Shown in pieces: positions 24,088-41,793 of a stretch of 64,000 nucleotides of DNA; the stretch's first letter is position 1, and the number at the start of each line of letters is the position of its first letter. The stretch comes from Monocercomonoides exilis PA203 (lineage: Eukaryota; Protista; Preaxostyla), in the NCBI GenBank assembly GCA_001643675.2, contig LSRY02000015.1:1550001-1614000 (forward strand). The letters are read 5' to 3'. Under the pieces are notes generated by a model that was not told the DNA's origin, did no database searches, and saw only the letters and a program-made list of their open reading frames with translations. The translations under genes and the position numbers were made by a program.

Positions 24088-27000
24088 ATGTCTGACTCCA
24101 TTGAATATGACTACAAAACATTTTCATCTGGTCCATTCTCGTCTGATGGTGTGATATCACAATTAAAAATTTTCTTTTTGTTTCATTCCTATTTAAGAAA
24201 TTCCATTGTTTGCTTTTCCTTCAACAAACAGCGGCATACAATCTTCTTCTTCTTCATCTTTTCATGGGGGAACACTGGGCGAACACAGTGTTGGAAAAAG
24301 TGCAATTGATAGTTATCATGCGCCAGCAATTCCTCATTCAAATTTATCTTCAACAAACAAATACTCAAGATTTGACTCTTTGCCATCTAAACCAACATAT
24401 GTATCACAAAAAACTGTATCAGAAGATTATGCATCAGATGCTCGAGAATTATCCCCAGGATCGATGCAAGAGCAAAATGCAATTGAAAAGAAATTAACTC
24501 TCCTAGATTTTTCAGCAAAACCAACAGAAGTTCGTTCGATTTCACAACTACTTGGACTTTTAGAAACATTCGATCCGTTTGATGGAAAATATAGAATAAA
24601 TTCTGATTCAACTTTAGAAAGAAAAGAAAGGATTAATAATTTACTAAAGTCAGACAATTGGGCAGGAACATCATTTTGCGATTCTTACACATATGCTCAA
24701 TTGAACAAAGTTCCAATCAAAATATTTAGACGACTTCTCAGGGAATCTAAATCTTTTCCTGCTGAACACAGAATGATGATATGGAGCCGAGTGTTGATGC
24801 TTCCTCTGAGTAAAACAAGCAGAGACGCATTAGCAAATAATGGAGCTCATCCAAGCTTATTTCATCTGGCTTCTTTGAATCAAATTGCAGATAAGGATGT
24901 GCGAGAGAAATGGTTGAGAGTGATGAATATGCTTGGATGGTGGTCGGCTTGCTGCTGCGATATTGGCGAAGAAAGGAAAGAATGCTTTGCAAAATGGAAA
25001 GAGGATGACAAGGATTATATTCAGGCAGAAATCAAAGAAATAACTGATTTTTATGAGCAAGGTGAAAGCGAAGAGGCAGAAATAACAAAAACGAAACAAG
25101 AATCCCCCGCGAGGAATCGAAAGCGATACACCTTCAATCACTCTCCAATTCACAATCATACAAGCAAGCTGCTGCCAGAGTTTCAGTATGTCAAAGCATC
25201 AAAACAAAATTCAGAAGGAAAAAATGTTGACTACGCCAAAATATCGTTGCGAACAGGGTGGATTGGAGGGTTTGTATTTCCATTTGTGCAACTATTCATT
25301 TCAGCTGCAGAAGACGATGAAGAAAATCTTGAAGATGAAGATCGGTTGGATGTTGTTGTTCTCGAAACTCTTATGACGTTTTTATCCAATCCGCCTTTTT
25401 CTGATTGGCTGGGCGCACTTCCATCTTTGAAAACTGAGGCGATTGTACATTGCATTCTTTTGCTGAGAGAATGGGACGACGAGCTGTGGAAGCATGTGCA
25501 TGATTTAGCGATTGCAGAGAGGGAATTGAGAGAAAGAGAACGCAGACAAAAGGAAAGAAGACAGAACGAAGGAAAGAGGATTCCAAAAAATGCAGCATAT
25601 GAAGATGAGCAAAGCGAAGAACATTGGGACTTCTTTTGGATTTGGCAGCGTGTTCTGTTTTCCGAATGCTTTAGAACAGTCGGAGAGTGGGGAATGCTGA
25701 TGGACCAGATTGTGATGAGCCTTGGCGAGGATATAGACGAATGGATGAATGAAGAGACAAACGAGGAATTACTGTCAAGAAGCAATGCAAAGCAACAAAT
25801 CGAATGGAATTACAGCAGAAGCGAGAGGCGAATCAGTTCAAATAGCACTTCTCCTTTTGGCTTTTCCTTTGCGAACTCATCTCGGCGGCTTTTCCGGAAG
25901 CCGCCTGTTGTTTGCTGCATTGCAGTTGCGCTGTGCTTGAGGCTGAGAGATGCAATCCTTCGAACAACTTCAATCAGCGAATTCCAAAAACTGATGCTGA
26001 GTGACCACAGAATTGTGCGCGATGTTGAAGAAACTCGCGAGCTGATTGACAAAGTGAACGAAATAAGAGACAATACAACGCCAAAATTGACTGAGGCGCT
26101 TTGGGGCGAAAGCGAAAAAGTGACTCCTCTTTGCGTTGTTGACTACTCAGAATCACAGAGAAGCCATAAAAGTGCAAAAGATGAAGGAAAAAGCGAACAA
26201 ACAGAAATGTTGCAGTACCAGCCGTTTGAACGTTTCAATGCAGAAAGCGTTTATTGGGAGTTGAAAGAGAGGGAGCAGAGAAAGAAAGAGGCACATGAAA
26301 CGCTTGTGAATCAACTTCATCTTTCCAAAGTGAAGGAAAGAGATGATTGGGGCGTGATTGAAGTGGAAAAAGCGAAGTATGAAAAGAAAATTATTGAAGG
26401 CAAAAGAAGAAAAGCAGAAGAAGAGAGAAGAGAACTTGAAGAAAGAAGAATGGAAACTGAACAAAAGAGAATGTTTTCATATCGGGAACGAAAAATGAGA
26501 GACATTGAAAAGACGCTGAAAGATGCTGACGAAGCAGAAGAAAAGGCAGAGGAACGGGAACGCAGGATATCATCTTATGGCACACAAAGGCTGAATGAAA
26601 TTTTGCAGCGAGAAAAGCAAAGAAGCAAAGAAGCGCACGAAAAGGAAGATATTCTTGATACACTTCAGTTGGGAAGGATACAACGAGAGAATGCAGAATG
26701 GAGCGCGGAAATGAATGCGATTGTGAAAGATGCCGAAAGAGAATCAAACTACGAAAAAAGGCGCCATCAGCTGTCAGAGATGACATTTGGGCGGAGGATG
26801 GACACACTCGAAGAATTACAGCGGAGAAGGAAGGAAAATGAAGACACGATTATCGAAGAGAGACAGAAGCTGCGAGAATTATCCAATCTTATGCGGGATG
26901 TTGAAAGAGAGAGAAGTCGAAGCGTTGTTGCGGAAGCCATTTCTCAAGCAGAAGAAGAAAAGCGTCGGAGGGAAGAGGTGCTTGCGCTCGAAGAACAACT

Positions 27001-28177
27001 GAGGAGTCAAAGAAGAGAACAACTGGAAGAAGAAGAGGAGGAGTTGTGGGCGCAATCGATGAAAGAGAAGAGGGCTGCGTTGGACGCAGAGCTCAGGCGA
27101 GAGGAAGAAGAGCTGAGCAGAAGACGCATGATTCTTGTTTCTGAAGCCAAAGATGCCCTTTGGAGAGTCGAGAAGGAAAGAGAAAGAGGAATGCTTACAG
27201 CGTCATTGAAGAGGAAAGTGATGGAAATGGAGACAGTCCTGGCGAAGATAGCAGCAGTTGGAGAGCAGCGGATGGGGCGCGAAATAAGAAGGCTCGAAAA
27301 GGAAAAAGTTGACACAGCACTCGGAATTGATGGAGTGAGGATGGGCATGTTGCAGAACTTGGAGTCTGAGGCACAGCTTCAGCGTGTGCTGGAGAGCCAG
27401 CTGAAGCAGATGAAGGTGATGATTGCTCTCAGTGAGCAGAATTTGATCCATGGCGGAGGCAGATCCAAAGCGAACGACAGGAGAAGAAGGCGGATGGGTC
27501 ATGCTGCAGAAGGTGCAGGGAGAGAAGGGGAATATGAGGCTGATGATGATAATGGTGGCTTGGAGGATGAGGACGAGCAGTTTGACGACGACTATCGCAA
27601 AGAGGAATCGACAGACGAAGAGAAGGAAGAAGAAAGTGAAGAGACAGAGGAAGAGATCGAAACTGCTTTTCCATCGCTTGTTTCAGAGTGGATATTCCCG
27701 CTTTCGCCTTCGACTGTTGGCAAAATGGAATTTTCAGCATTTTTGAAAGAAGAAGAGCGAATTGGTGAGATGATTGCTGTTGATGAAACGATGCTCGAAG
27801 GCTTAGAAGGCAAAGAGCGGGAAGAAGCGATTGTTTCACAGAAAAAAGCGCTGTTTGAAGATTTGAAGAGGGTGGCTCAGTTCAATTTGAGGCAAAAGAA
27901 GCGAGAGAAGAAGAGGTTGAAGAGGCAGCACAAAGAAGAAAAAAGAAAAGCGAAGAAAGCAGCCAAAAAGGAAGCGAAGCAGAATCGGTGGAAAAGACTG
28001 TCTGCACAACAACACCAGGCAGCAGCTCCATCGACATTTGGGAAGGGCGGAAGTGGAGCCAATGAAAACGATGAAATTGTTTATTTAAGACACAACCAGG
28101 ATGTGAAAAGCTTCTTTGCGAGTCCAGTGCCTCAAAGAGACGCTCCGACGAAGTGGAAGAAGGAAGAGAAGTCTTGA
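24088..28177 (+). CDS. TBC (Rab-GAP-like) domain plus long coiled-coil protein, TBC1D31/WDR67-like but lacking the N-terminal WD40
   Basis: LLRESKSFPAEHRMMIWSRVLMLP...GAHPSL...LRVMNMLGWWS and FVFPFVQLF resemble the TBC1D31 TBC region. The C-terminal half is an E/R/K coiled coil. Probable short intron at ~24149-24228. Confidence 0.65.
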
Positions 28178-28854
28178 GAGAAAAGGGGGATGCTGTTGAA
28201 CTGAAATTTAGAATTTAACACATATGCATGCAGTCATACAAACTCATAACTTATTTTCGAATAAAAAAACAAGGGAGGTTAAATCGACACATCAAAAGCA
28301 TGTTTGATCGCTTCCTTGAAGTGCAATTTATTATTCTTCAATTCTGTGTGAATGCTAAGTGCAAGCAAGTTTACCACACAATTTTGTGAATAACTACAAT
28401 TTTTAACATTTCATTTATTAGCCAATTCATCAGTTAACAATCTTTTATAAAAAGGAAAAGAAAGCAAAAACAACTTTTGTGTCTTAATGCAATTTTGAAA
28501 TAACCACCTAATGGCATTTTTAATACATATAGCATTACACTAAGCTTCATGTCAAAAACTGCTCATCGAAATAAAAATCCAACAACGATAACAGTACAGT
28601 CGCGAAGAGAAAGATCCATTTTGTAATTTGAATTAAGAGTTACAAAAAATAAATAAATAAAAGAAACAATTGAAAATAATTTTAAAAATAAGCATAAATA
28701 AGGTTAAAGATAATGCAAAACAAAATCCATACATTAAAAAGATCGTGAAAAAAATAAAATAAAATTAAAAAAAAAAAAAAATAACGATAAGTGCATGCAA
28801 AATATTCCCATCCGAAAGTGCAGGCAGGAGTCATTATCAGCATCATCATCCACT

Positions 28855-31997
<3,143 letters not shown>

Positions 31998-32188
31998 TAA
32001 TATATAGTTATTATGGTTATTTCAAATTCTAAGGTGTCATTTTATTTCTTTTGTGCTCATTTTTGGTTTTTCTTGAAAATATTAATTAATTTTGCAGATT
32101 TATTTTCTAAATTTATAACCTTTATACGATATTATTTGAAAGTTGAATAAAACTTCTCTCTTTTCAAGAGAGTTAGTTTCTTAGCTAG

Positions 32189-35100
32189 ATGCAAGAATTT
32201 CAAAATGCGATGAAAGATGAAATTGCACGTCTTTTAGTGTGGATTTTTCTTGATATTTTGTTTTGGAATTATTTCTTGAATTTATATTTTTATTTTGTTT
32301 TTTGTGAAATCTACAAACATAATTTTACTATAATTATTTCACATACCACCAAGGCAAAAAATCCAACAGAATTTTATTATGAGCAAAAAAAGACAGTCAA
32401 ACTGTTAGAGGTATTTTAACTTTGAATATATTTTAACGTTTAACTTGCAATTCACATTTATCAAAATATCTTCTACATGTAGACTTTATCTCTAGAAGGG
32501 ATAGAACAAGAATCCATCGATGTAGAAGGATCTTTTAGAGTATGAATTCATTAAAATGCAAATTTGTCAATTATGAACATTATGTCTTTTTTTTCACAAA
32601 ATTTAGCACATAACATTAGCAGATTTAACAACAGCACAAACAGATATGTCAGAAAAACTGTGGGTTTGCAAAGAAATATACTTCATTCGTTTTTTCAAAA
32701 AATTTCTTCTTTGACAAAAATTGATTTTAGAATGATCCTGCATCTCAGACAATTTTACCTCAAATATTGCAGAGCATTATCCAGAATACAAATCCAGACT
32801 CTTTCCCTCCATTCACTTCTCTTGTTCCACATGTGGTTTGTGGATCTTTTTTTTGCTTATTGTTATTTAAAATTATTTATTCTACCCAATAATTATTACA
32901 AAACATTTCATTCCAAATATTTCAGATTCCTTCATTCCTGGAGACTTTTCACGAACATATGCACAAGAGAGATATTCGAAATTGCGAAGAACAACAACGA
33001 ATTCTGATTGAAATGAATCAGCACTTGGTAGAATCTAACACTGCTGAAGAAGCATTTCAATTGGTTCACAATGATTTAACTTCAGTATGCTACAAAACTA
33101 AACCCAAAAATATAATTATTTTTTTGATTGCTATTTTTACTGCTTTTCCATTTTAAAATCTTTTTTTTTTTGTCACACATTTTTCTTTTTCCATAAAATT
33201 CAATTCATTATTCTTCTGTCAAATTGAATATCCTATCAAAAAAAAAAAATACGCTCACCCCAAGCTATCCAAACACGGTTTTGTTCCACCAGCGTGTGTG
33301 AGAGAAGTGATAGAGCAACAAGACTTGGATGGGATGGCTGAATGCATCGAGGGCCATCCTCTGTATCTTCCGCCGATGGTACGGGGAATGGCAACAGCAG
33401 AAGCAGAGGAAGAAAGAGAAGGCGAAGGAATAGAGGGAGAAGAAGGATTAGGATTAGGATTAGAGTTAGGATTAGGAGCTGGAATGGGAGTTGGAATGGG
33501 AGTGGGAGAAGGAGAGGAGATTCTGCTGCCGCGTGGCTCGCCTTTCCTCTCAGCACAGTTTTCGCAGGGCTTTTCGAACGAGGGCATGGCAGGAAACATG
33601 ATGCAGTCTGTGTTTGCCTCATCAGACGCGCTATCGACTGCAGTTGAGGTGATTGATGAAGTGGAAGAGGAAGGAGGAGGAGGAGAAGGAAGAGAAAGAA
33701 GAGAAGGGGGAAGAGAAGGAAATGGAAGAGGAAGGAGGGAGACGCTGCAGGGCGGGTCGTTTTTGAACTACAAAGGCGAAGAAGAGGAGATTATGAGGGC
33801 AGAATCAGACAGAGAAAGTGAGTCAGAAGGAGAAAGTGACACAGAAGAAGTGGAAGAAGAAGAAGAAGGAGAAGAAGATGAAGAAGGGAGTGAAGGAGAA
33901 GAAGACGATGAATGCTCTATCACTGATACTGTCACTGTAAACGACGAAGACTCAGAGGAGGAAGACGAAGACGAAGAAAGAGAAGAAGAAAGAGAAAGAG
34001 AAAGAGAAGCAGAACAAAACGATTTGGAGCTTCAAAACAGCAACGTCGAAGAAGCAGAAAGCAAACCTGCTCATTTGACTTCAGAAGAAGTGCGTTTGTC
34101 ACAAAAGCCATTCGAATCCTCTCCTTTCGACAATCCGATCAGCTCTGCTTTCAGCTCGCCTTTCGAAGACTGCTTTGCTCAGCTGCAACAGCAGCTGCCT
34201 CTTTCTGAGAATGAAGCGAAGCCGTTTTCACCATTCTCTTCATCTTCATCTTCATCTTCATCTTCTTCCTCATCTCCTTCTTTTTCATCTCCATCACCAT
34301 CTTCTTCTTCTTCTTCTTCTTCTTCCTCTTCCTCCTCTTCCTCTTCTTCTCCACAAGCACCAATCACATCACCCACCTCCGACTTTTTAAACAAGCCTTC
34401 ATTCTCCTCTCCTTATCGCGCGGAAACTGCAAACGTCTTAAGCTTCCCTCCTCTCTCTGATGATTCTCCCCCTTCTTCTTCCTCTTCTTCCTCTTCTTCT
34501 TCCTCTTCTTCATCCTCTTCTTCATCCTCCTCTTCCTCCTCTGCCAGCAGCCGTCTTGTTGAATCTCCGCTCAAATCTTCTGTTTCTCCGAAGATGCATC
34601 CACGTGCTCTGTCCACCCCAACACACTCATCAGCCATCCCTTTCACTGCCTTTCAGTTTTCTCCCATTCCTCCTGCTCTTCTCACAGAAAGCAGCAGAAG
34701 CAGCATCAGCGGAAGTGGAAGTGGAAGCGGAAGCGGAAGAAGCAGAAGAGTGGGGCTGTTTGTGAAGGGAAAGGAGTCATATACACAGGGAAAAGGGAAG
34801 AATGAAGTGCAGATGGCGATGTCTGATGGCAACATAAACACAAACAATGAAAACAACAAAACCGACAACACCAACAAAACCAGCACCTTGTTGCCCCTTC
34901 CTTCTTCTTCTCCCCCGAATTCGCTTCTCCTCCTTCAGACTTCTCTTCCCAGCGACTCCTTTCTCCACTCCACTCCAATCAACCAGCGTTCAGAACACTT
35001 CCGCTCTCCTTCTCGCTCGTCTGCCTCTTCTTCTTCTTCTTCTTCCTCTTCCTCTTCTTCCTCCTCCTCTTCTTCTTCCAAGCTGTATCGAACTCCTCCT

Positions 35101-36489
35101 CTTGTCAAGCAACCGCTGCAGCGTCTGCCTTCTTCGGCTGCTGCTTCTCCTCAGCTGAACAACATCGGCAGAAGATATTTCCCCCTCCTCGTCCACTCGT
35201 CAACCCCTCTTCCTCGAAGAAAACCTGTCTGGACTGTTTCTCCTTCCCCTTCCCCTTCTTCTTCCTCTTCCTCTTCTTCCTCTTCTTCTTCCTCTGATTC
35301 TTCTTCTGTGTATTTCTACCCTTCCTCTGCCTCCCCCGTTATTTACCCTTCCTCCTCTTCTCCTTCTCCTTCTCCTTTCTTCTTCCACACTGACCCAAGA
35401 TCAAATAGACTACCTCTTCTTCTCCCTTCCTCTTCCTCTTCTTTTTCTTCTTCCTCTTCTTTTTCTCCTTCTCCTCCACAAGACTTTCGCTCTTCTCTTT
35501 CCACACCCGTCGGAACACACATCACTCAAAGATTTGCTTCGTTTTCTTCTTCTTCTTCTTCCTCTTCTTCCTCTTCTTCCTCTTCCCCGTCTTCTTCTTC
35601 TTCCTCTTCCTCTTCTTCCTCTTCCTCCTCTTCCTCCTTTTCCCCCTTTATCCCTTCTCCTGCATCAATCCAACATCATCACGTCTCACTCACTTCACAT
35701 TCAGACGCACTTCCTCTTTCTTCTCTTCTTTTAAAGAAGAAATCAACACCAGAAAACATACAAAGAAAAGATTCACACAAAATCAAGCAGGAAAATAAAA
35801 AGAGAAAAGAAAAGAAAGAAAAAAACGAAAAAAACGAAAAAAACGAAATTGATACTCAAAAACAATGTTTGCAACAAAATGCTCCTTCATCATCATCATC
35901 ATCTTCTTCTTCCTCTTCTTCTTCCTCTTCTCCTTCTCCTTCATCTCCTTCTCTTCCTCTTCATTCCAACCTTCCTTCCACCTCTTCCTCTTTGGCTAAT
36001 TTGGCTTTCGAAGACGTCGAAAGCTCCTCTTCTGATGTCATCACAAACACTTCTGAACACATCTCAGTAAAAACAAATGAAAACAGCTCTTCTTCTTCTT
36101 CTTCTTCTTCTTTCCCTTTTTATTCTTCTTCCTCCTCTTCCTCATCATCGTCATCTTCTTCAAAGGCACTTCACAAGCATTCTTCATTCAACTCACAAAA
36201 TTTTGACACAAATACAACCTCTTCAACTGGATGTGTCTCTTCTTCTTCTTCTTCTTCTTCTTCTTCTTCTTCTTCTTCTTCTTCTTCTTCTTCTTCTTCT
36301 TCTTCTTCTTCTTCTCCTTCTCCTTCTCCTTCTCCTTCTTCTTCTTCTTCTTCTACTTCTTCTTCTTCTTCTTCCTCTTCCTCTTCCTCTTCTTCCTCCT
36401 CTTCTGATCATCCTTCTAAAGATTGTTCTGCGCCACTCGCCCCTCTTTCTACTCCTGTTCTTCCACGTCACACAAAACGGAAAGTTTGA
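32189..36489 (+). CDS. Hypothetical protein: short-exon N-terminal domain, acidic block and very long poly-Ser tail
   Basis: Six short exons flanked by GT/AG lead into the 1063-aa ORF at 33298-36489. No family recognised; the start is uncertain. Confidence 0.6.
36238..36405 (+). repeat. (TCT)n/(TCC)n trinucleotide repeat encoding poly-Ser
   Basis: Near-perfect tct run; many shorter runs occur over 34240-36160. Confidence 0.95.
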
Positions 36490-36744
36490 TGAGATATTTG
36501 AAATCACGTAGTATTTTGTTCATTCATTGAATCACATCATCACTGTTATTTATTTAATTTTCGGAAAATTTTGAGTGTTGTATTTATTCTGTGATATATC
36601 ATTAAAGATTCCATTATCTGTTGTGGGATATTTATTGATTTTTAATATATATCACATATACTGTGGATATTTCTTTTTTCATTAAAAAATCTTATTATGA
36701 ATGGGAGATTTGTATTAAATTATGGTATTGATCTAATTTTCAAT

Positions 36745-39700
36745 ATGACGGAACAAATCCTACAGACTGTGCTGTCGTACCTGGACACAGGAAGGTCGAA
36801 TTATCTGCAGATTGATAGTGCCGAATCCATTCAAGCGATGTTTGTTTTTAACAATCTTTGAGTTTATGAATGAAAAATTTCTTTATTTTGAAGGCTTGAG
36901 AGCAAAAAACCAGAGAACAAAATCCAAGCAATTAGAAGTCTGATTAACTTGTACCAAACAGAAGAGAAGTCTACGTCACAAAAAATGCTCATGCAAGTCA
37001 TCAAGACTTGCGTTGACGTGCCTGACAACAATTTGAAACGACATCTTCTTTTATATTTCGAGGTTACCGGTCTTGGAACAGAAAAATGCGATCCAGAGAG
37101 GCGTTCAATGTTTATTTTGGCATGGTATGTACTTGTTCTAATTTCTGAATTTTCAACATTCACTACAAAAATGAAATTTCAAATCAATTGTTACAATTTA
37201 GCAATTCTTTGATGAAAAATCTTGACTCTGCCAATGAATATCTTATCGGAGCCACATTAAGATTTCTTTCAAAAGTTAATGATGAAGATATCTTGAAGCA
37301 GCTTTTCCCTTCAATCATTCAACAAGTTCAGCACAAACATCCTTATGTTCGCAGAAATGTCGTCATCTGCATTCAGTCAATGTACGAATCTCATCCAGAT
37401 CTGATCCCTAATGCACCAGAGATTATTTATCAGCTCTTGCTTGTTGAGAGAGATACATTGACACAAAGAAATTGTCTTGTGATGCTCTTCCGAACACATG
37501 ACAATTTAATTTTGTCATACTTATCTGGGAGAGAGAAAGAAGTCACAAAATTCCATCCCACTGTTCAGCTTTTGCTTGTGCAAATGATTCGAAAGAGATG
37601 CGAGGAAAAACCAGAAGAAAAACCTCAATGGCTGTTATTTGTGCAAAGATTAATTAACAGTGCATCAAATGCTGTAAAGTATGAGTGTGCAAGAACAATG
37701 CTTCTTATTTCTTCGCAACAGAAAGTCATTCAGGCGGTTATTGAATGCCTTGTGAAGCTTTATTCAACTGTGGTGTGTAACTTTTAATAATTTATCGGGT
37801 CATAAGTTAAATGGCACTTGCGCTAAAATCATATTATATTTGTTAGAATGACAACAACGTGAAGCTTGTTGCGCTCGATCGGCTGATTTGGATGAAAAAA
37901 CAGCATCGCAAGCTTCTGACCACCACGCTTCCTCTTTCGCTTCTGTTTTCCTCAGACAATCAGGGCATCATCATGAGGAACAAGCGAACGAGGCTTGTTT
38001 TGGAGCTGCTGACACCGACGAATGCGGGTGAACTTCTCCCGCTTCTCCACAAGGAAGCGAAAAAGATGCTGGAAGAGGCGAAAAAATTGGATGTGACGAA
38101 GAAGCTGAGGGAGCAGCAGAAAGGCAAAAATTCATCCGATTCTGATGGCAGTGGAAAAGGTATATCCGGAAGCAATTCTTCGAAAGCACTGGAAAAGGAA
38201 GAGGAAGAAGCGCAAGTGACAGGCAGGCTTCTTCTGATCACGTGTCTGCGGAGCTGTGTGCTTCTGGTGCCGACTGAGATGGTTGATTTGAGCGAGGCGC
38301 TGTTGGAGTTTGTGGAAGATCCAGCAATTTCGTGTGCGGTGAATGCCATCAGCATTGTCCGTGAGCTGCTGGAGATGAACCCGAACAACAGAGAGACCGT
38401 TCTCGAGCTCCTTCTGCCGCATGTGGAGCACTGCCAGCACACACGCGTCTTGCACACAGCGCTGTGGATGATTGGACATTATTCTTCTTCTCTCTCATTC
38501 ACCACAAATGTCATCAATGCTGCGCTTGAGATGATGTCCCCGCTGCCTCTCTCAACACAGCGCTCACCGGGCGAGTCGCAGAACTTGGGACAGGCTCCGC
38601 CATCTTCTGCCGATGCCATTTCAACGCCAAGTGCATCGTCGATGTATGGCTCACTCTCTTCAGCTTCCTCACCGTCTCCATACTCTTCCATCTCCAGTGC
38701 ATCAAGCGGTGGATTTGCAATTTCTTCATCCACCACAATGTCATACTCTTCCCTGTCTTCATCGCAATCTTCCTATTCTTCCGTGTCGTCGTCATCATTT
38801 CGAATGGGTATGAGCTCAATGTCATCAGACAGAGAGTCCATGCGCGACAGAGCAAGTCTGCGGGATACACAGTCTCGCACCTCGCAGATGACATCGACTG
38901 TGCGTGTGCTCGAGGATGGGACGTATGCCTCGACCAGCTCGACTGATGCTGTTTTGGCGAGTCTGCTGAACAAGGAGAAGGAAAGGACCATCCGATCGAT
39001 CATCACAGACGGAGATGTGTTTTTGGGCTCTGCTCTCTGCGCGACACTCACAAAACTGGCAGTAGCGGCTGCAGCTGCATATGCACGCGGAGAAAGGCTG
39101 CCGAAGATGAAAAGAGAAGACGAAGACGAAGAAGAGGACGATGAGAATGGAACTGAAGGTGATAAGACAGATGATGGATTGAAAGGAGCGAATGAAGAAA
39201 AAGGTGAGGGAGAGGATGAAGACGGAGAGGAAAATCCAGTGTACAAGGCACGACGCAACGCTCTTGCTGTGATCTTGGCTATTTTGCATCATGCATCCAA
39301 CGAGATTCCCAAACAGAAGATGGATGAAGTCGATCCATTTGTGCATCGCCAAAACTCTTCTCATTCAATCGATGGTGTTTCTTCCTTTTCTTCAGCCACA
39401 CCACTTCTGACTGCAGACGACTTTGAGCGTATTTCCTTGTGTGTTGCACAGCTACTCCAGCCGATGGAAACAGAGAGTGATGTGGAGAATGCAGACCGTG
39501 TGTCGAATGAAGTACTGGCAGCAGCGGAGCGGATGTGGCTGGCAGCACCACACGAAGCGTTTACGCTGCGTGCGAAGGAAATCACAGCGGCGTCTGAAGT
39601 GTCTCGCCCGTCGACGAGTGAGGTTGGGAACGGAGGCGAAAGGAAAGCAGGAAGCGCGTCGGTGGCGCAGTTTCTACCAAAGGGATCAGCAGCAGCGTCG

Positions 39701-41134
39701 GTTGTGATGCTCCAGAGAGAGTCTGCTGAAGGAGGATTGCGGAGCGATAAAGAAGAGAACGTGAAAGGTGCATCAGCCACAAAAGGATTGGAAGAGGAAG
39801 AGAAAGAAGAAGAAGATGATGATGATGATGAGAGCATTGACGAATTCTTCTCATCTTTGATTGGAAGAAAGCGATCGTTGGCGCATTCGATGGTGAAGGC
39901 AGTGCATCCAGTGCAGGTTGCAGAGCGTATGCGCTTCAGACAGCTGAGACTACCACGCGATGACGAAAGCGACGAAGAGATTGAAGAGAACGATGAGGAA
40001 GATTCTGTGATGAAGAGCGGGATGAACGGGTGGATGTTTGAGAACGACGATGATATATCTGCTGCCATTGATATGGATGACAACGAATTGAAGGCTTTCA
40101 ACTTAATCGATTCCTCTTCCTCTTCCTCTTCATCTGCTTCATCTGCTTCTTCTGCAGGCACATCTTTCTCTTCTCCACAAACTGGCGCTGGCAACCTGCG
40201 GCCAATCATTCAGCTGTCTGGTCTTTCTGATCCGATATTCATTGAAGCACAGTTGAATGTGCTTCATTTCGCTGTGACGGTCGAGTTCACGTTTGTGAAC
40301 CGGACAGGGCTGCCTCTTCGGGATGTGGGGTTGGAGTTTGTGATGAGCAGCGGAATTAGCACGTCGGATGCTTCTGTCACGTTTTCACTCACTGCGTCCC
40401 CAGAGCCAGTGAAGCAGTCAGTCACATTCCAGATATCTCCTGAGGATCTTGGGTCTGTGCAGCCGTTCCTATCGTTCCACATGCCGTTGCCCTCAGCAGC
40501 TGGCGCATCCTCAGCCATCTATTCCCGCTCGCTTCGCAGAGAGGAAGGAGCAGAACAGTTTGTGATGCTGCAGAAGATCTCTTTCGAAAGCTTGTTTACA
40601 GCAGGGCCTGTTTTGCATCCACCAACTATTGGCGAACTGAGAGAGCTGTGGTCGTTGTTTATGTGGGAGACGAAAATTCCAATCAAGACTGTAATGACGT
40701 ATGCTAATTTAAATGTGCAATGTGTTTAAGAATTGTAACCTTATCTTTTTATCTTTTTATTAATTTATCAATTTTATTTATTTATTGCTATTCTGCTTTA
40801 ATATTATTCTTTGATTTCATTTTTATATCATTCTGTAATTCAATTTATTTTATTACGTTTTATTATTTATAAAATCAGAAACTTCCCTGCATTGCTAACA
40901 GAAGTCGCAGAAACATGCAACATGCAGCTTTTGCCATATGGAAATCCATTGAGCGGAAAAAGCGCATATACATCAGCTTTGTTCTATGCTCGCTCAAGAT
41001 TTGGACAAGATGTTATAATGCATATTTCTGCAGAGCAAGATGCATCTGGGAAAATATCGGGGTGGGGCAGAATAAGATCCACAGAAAAGTCAAATACCAT
41101 TTATTTCAGAGATAAACTGTCAAAATTGAAATAA
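36745..41134 (+). CDS. COPB1: Coatomer subunit beta (beta-COP); multi-exon, with low-complexity insertions
   Basis: N-terminal adaptin-like motifs NSLMKNLDSANEYLIGATLRFL and HKHPYVRRN. DGTYAST. Appendage motifs QLSGLSDPIFIEA, FVNRT, LWSLFMWETKI and YARSRFGQD. Confidence 0.93.
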
Positions 41135-41793
41135 TACAGAAAATAAGGGATATCTTTTTTAAAAAAACTAACAATTGCAATATTTTAGAAGTTTCAATTA
41201 TTATTATAATAATTATTATTTTAGTGAGTTGATTCTCATCTTTTTTTTTTAAATTCTTTTTTTAATTTCCTTGGAAGTCAGCTTGCTTATAACATTAAAG
41301 AATCATTATGCAATTGTCAAAATTCATTTGTTGTTATCTTGCAATGTTTTATATGATGGAAATTGATAAAACAATTTAAAATTTTGTAACAAAATTACAA
41401 TTGCATGAACACATTTAACTTTGCATTTTCATTTATTCGATAAACTTTCTGGATTGAAATTTCCTTTTATCATTTTGTTATTTTTTTCCTTCTTCCTTTT
41501 ACCTTTTACCTTTTACCTTTTACCTTTTTCTTTTTCTTTTTCTTTTTCTTTTTCTTGTTCTTTTTATTTTTAATTTTTATTATTTATTTTTATTGATACA
41601 ATTTCTATCATAAATAAAAACTATTTGTTAAAAAATAAATTTCATAAAACAATTGGAAATATTCTTTGAAATGCTTCAAATCAATCAAATTAACATTATG
41701 AGTGATTTTCAAAAAATCGAAATCTTAAGCTTCAGCTAATTCAAAAAAACAAAATATGAGATAATCAATGACTTAAAAAAACAAAATTATTGC

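Noticed and set aside
19852-28177. Split TBC1D31 gene (WD40 gene followed by TBC gene)
   Set aside because: The WD40 gene has WDR20/CreC signatures and its own stop and 3' region, so the adjacency is probably coincidental.
36077-36511. Poly-Leu ORF and antisense poly-Arg ORF
   Set aside because: These are alternative-frame readings of the (TCT)n poly-Ser repeat.
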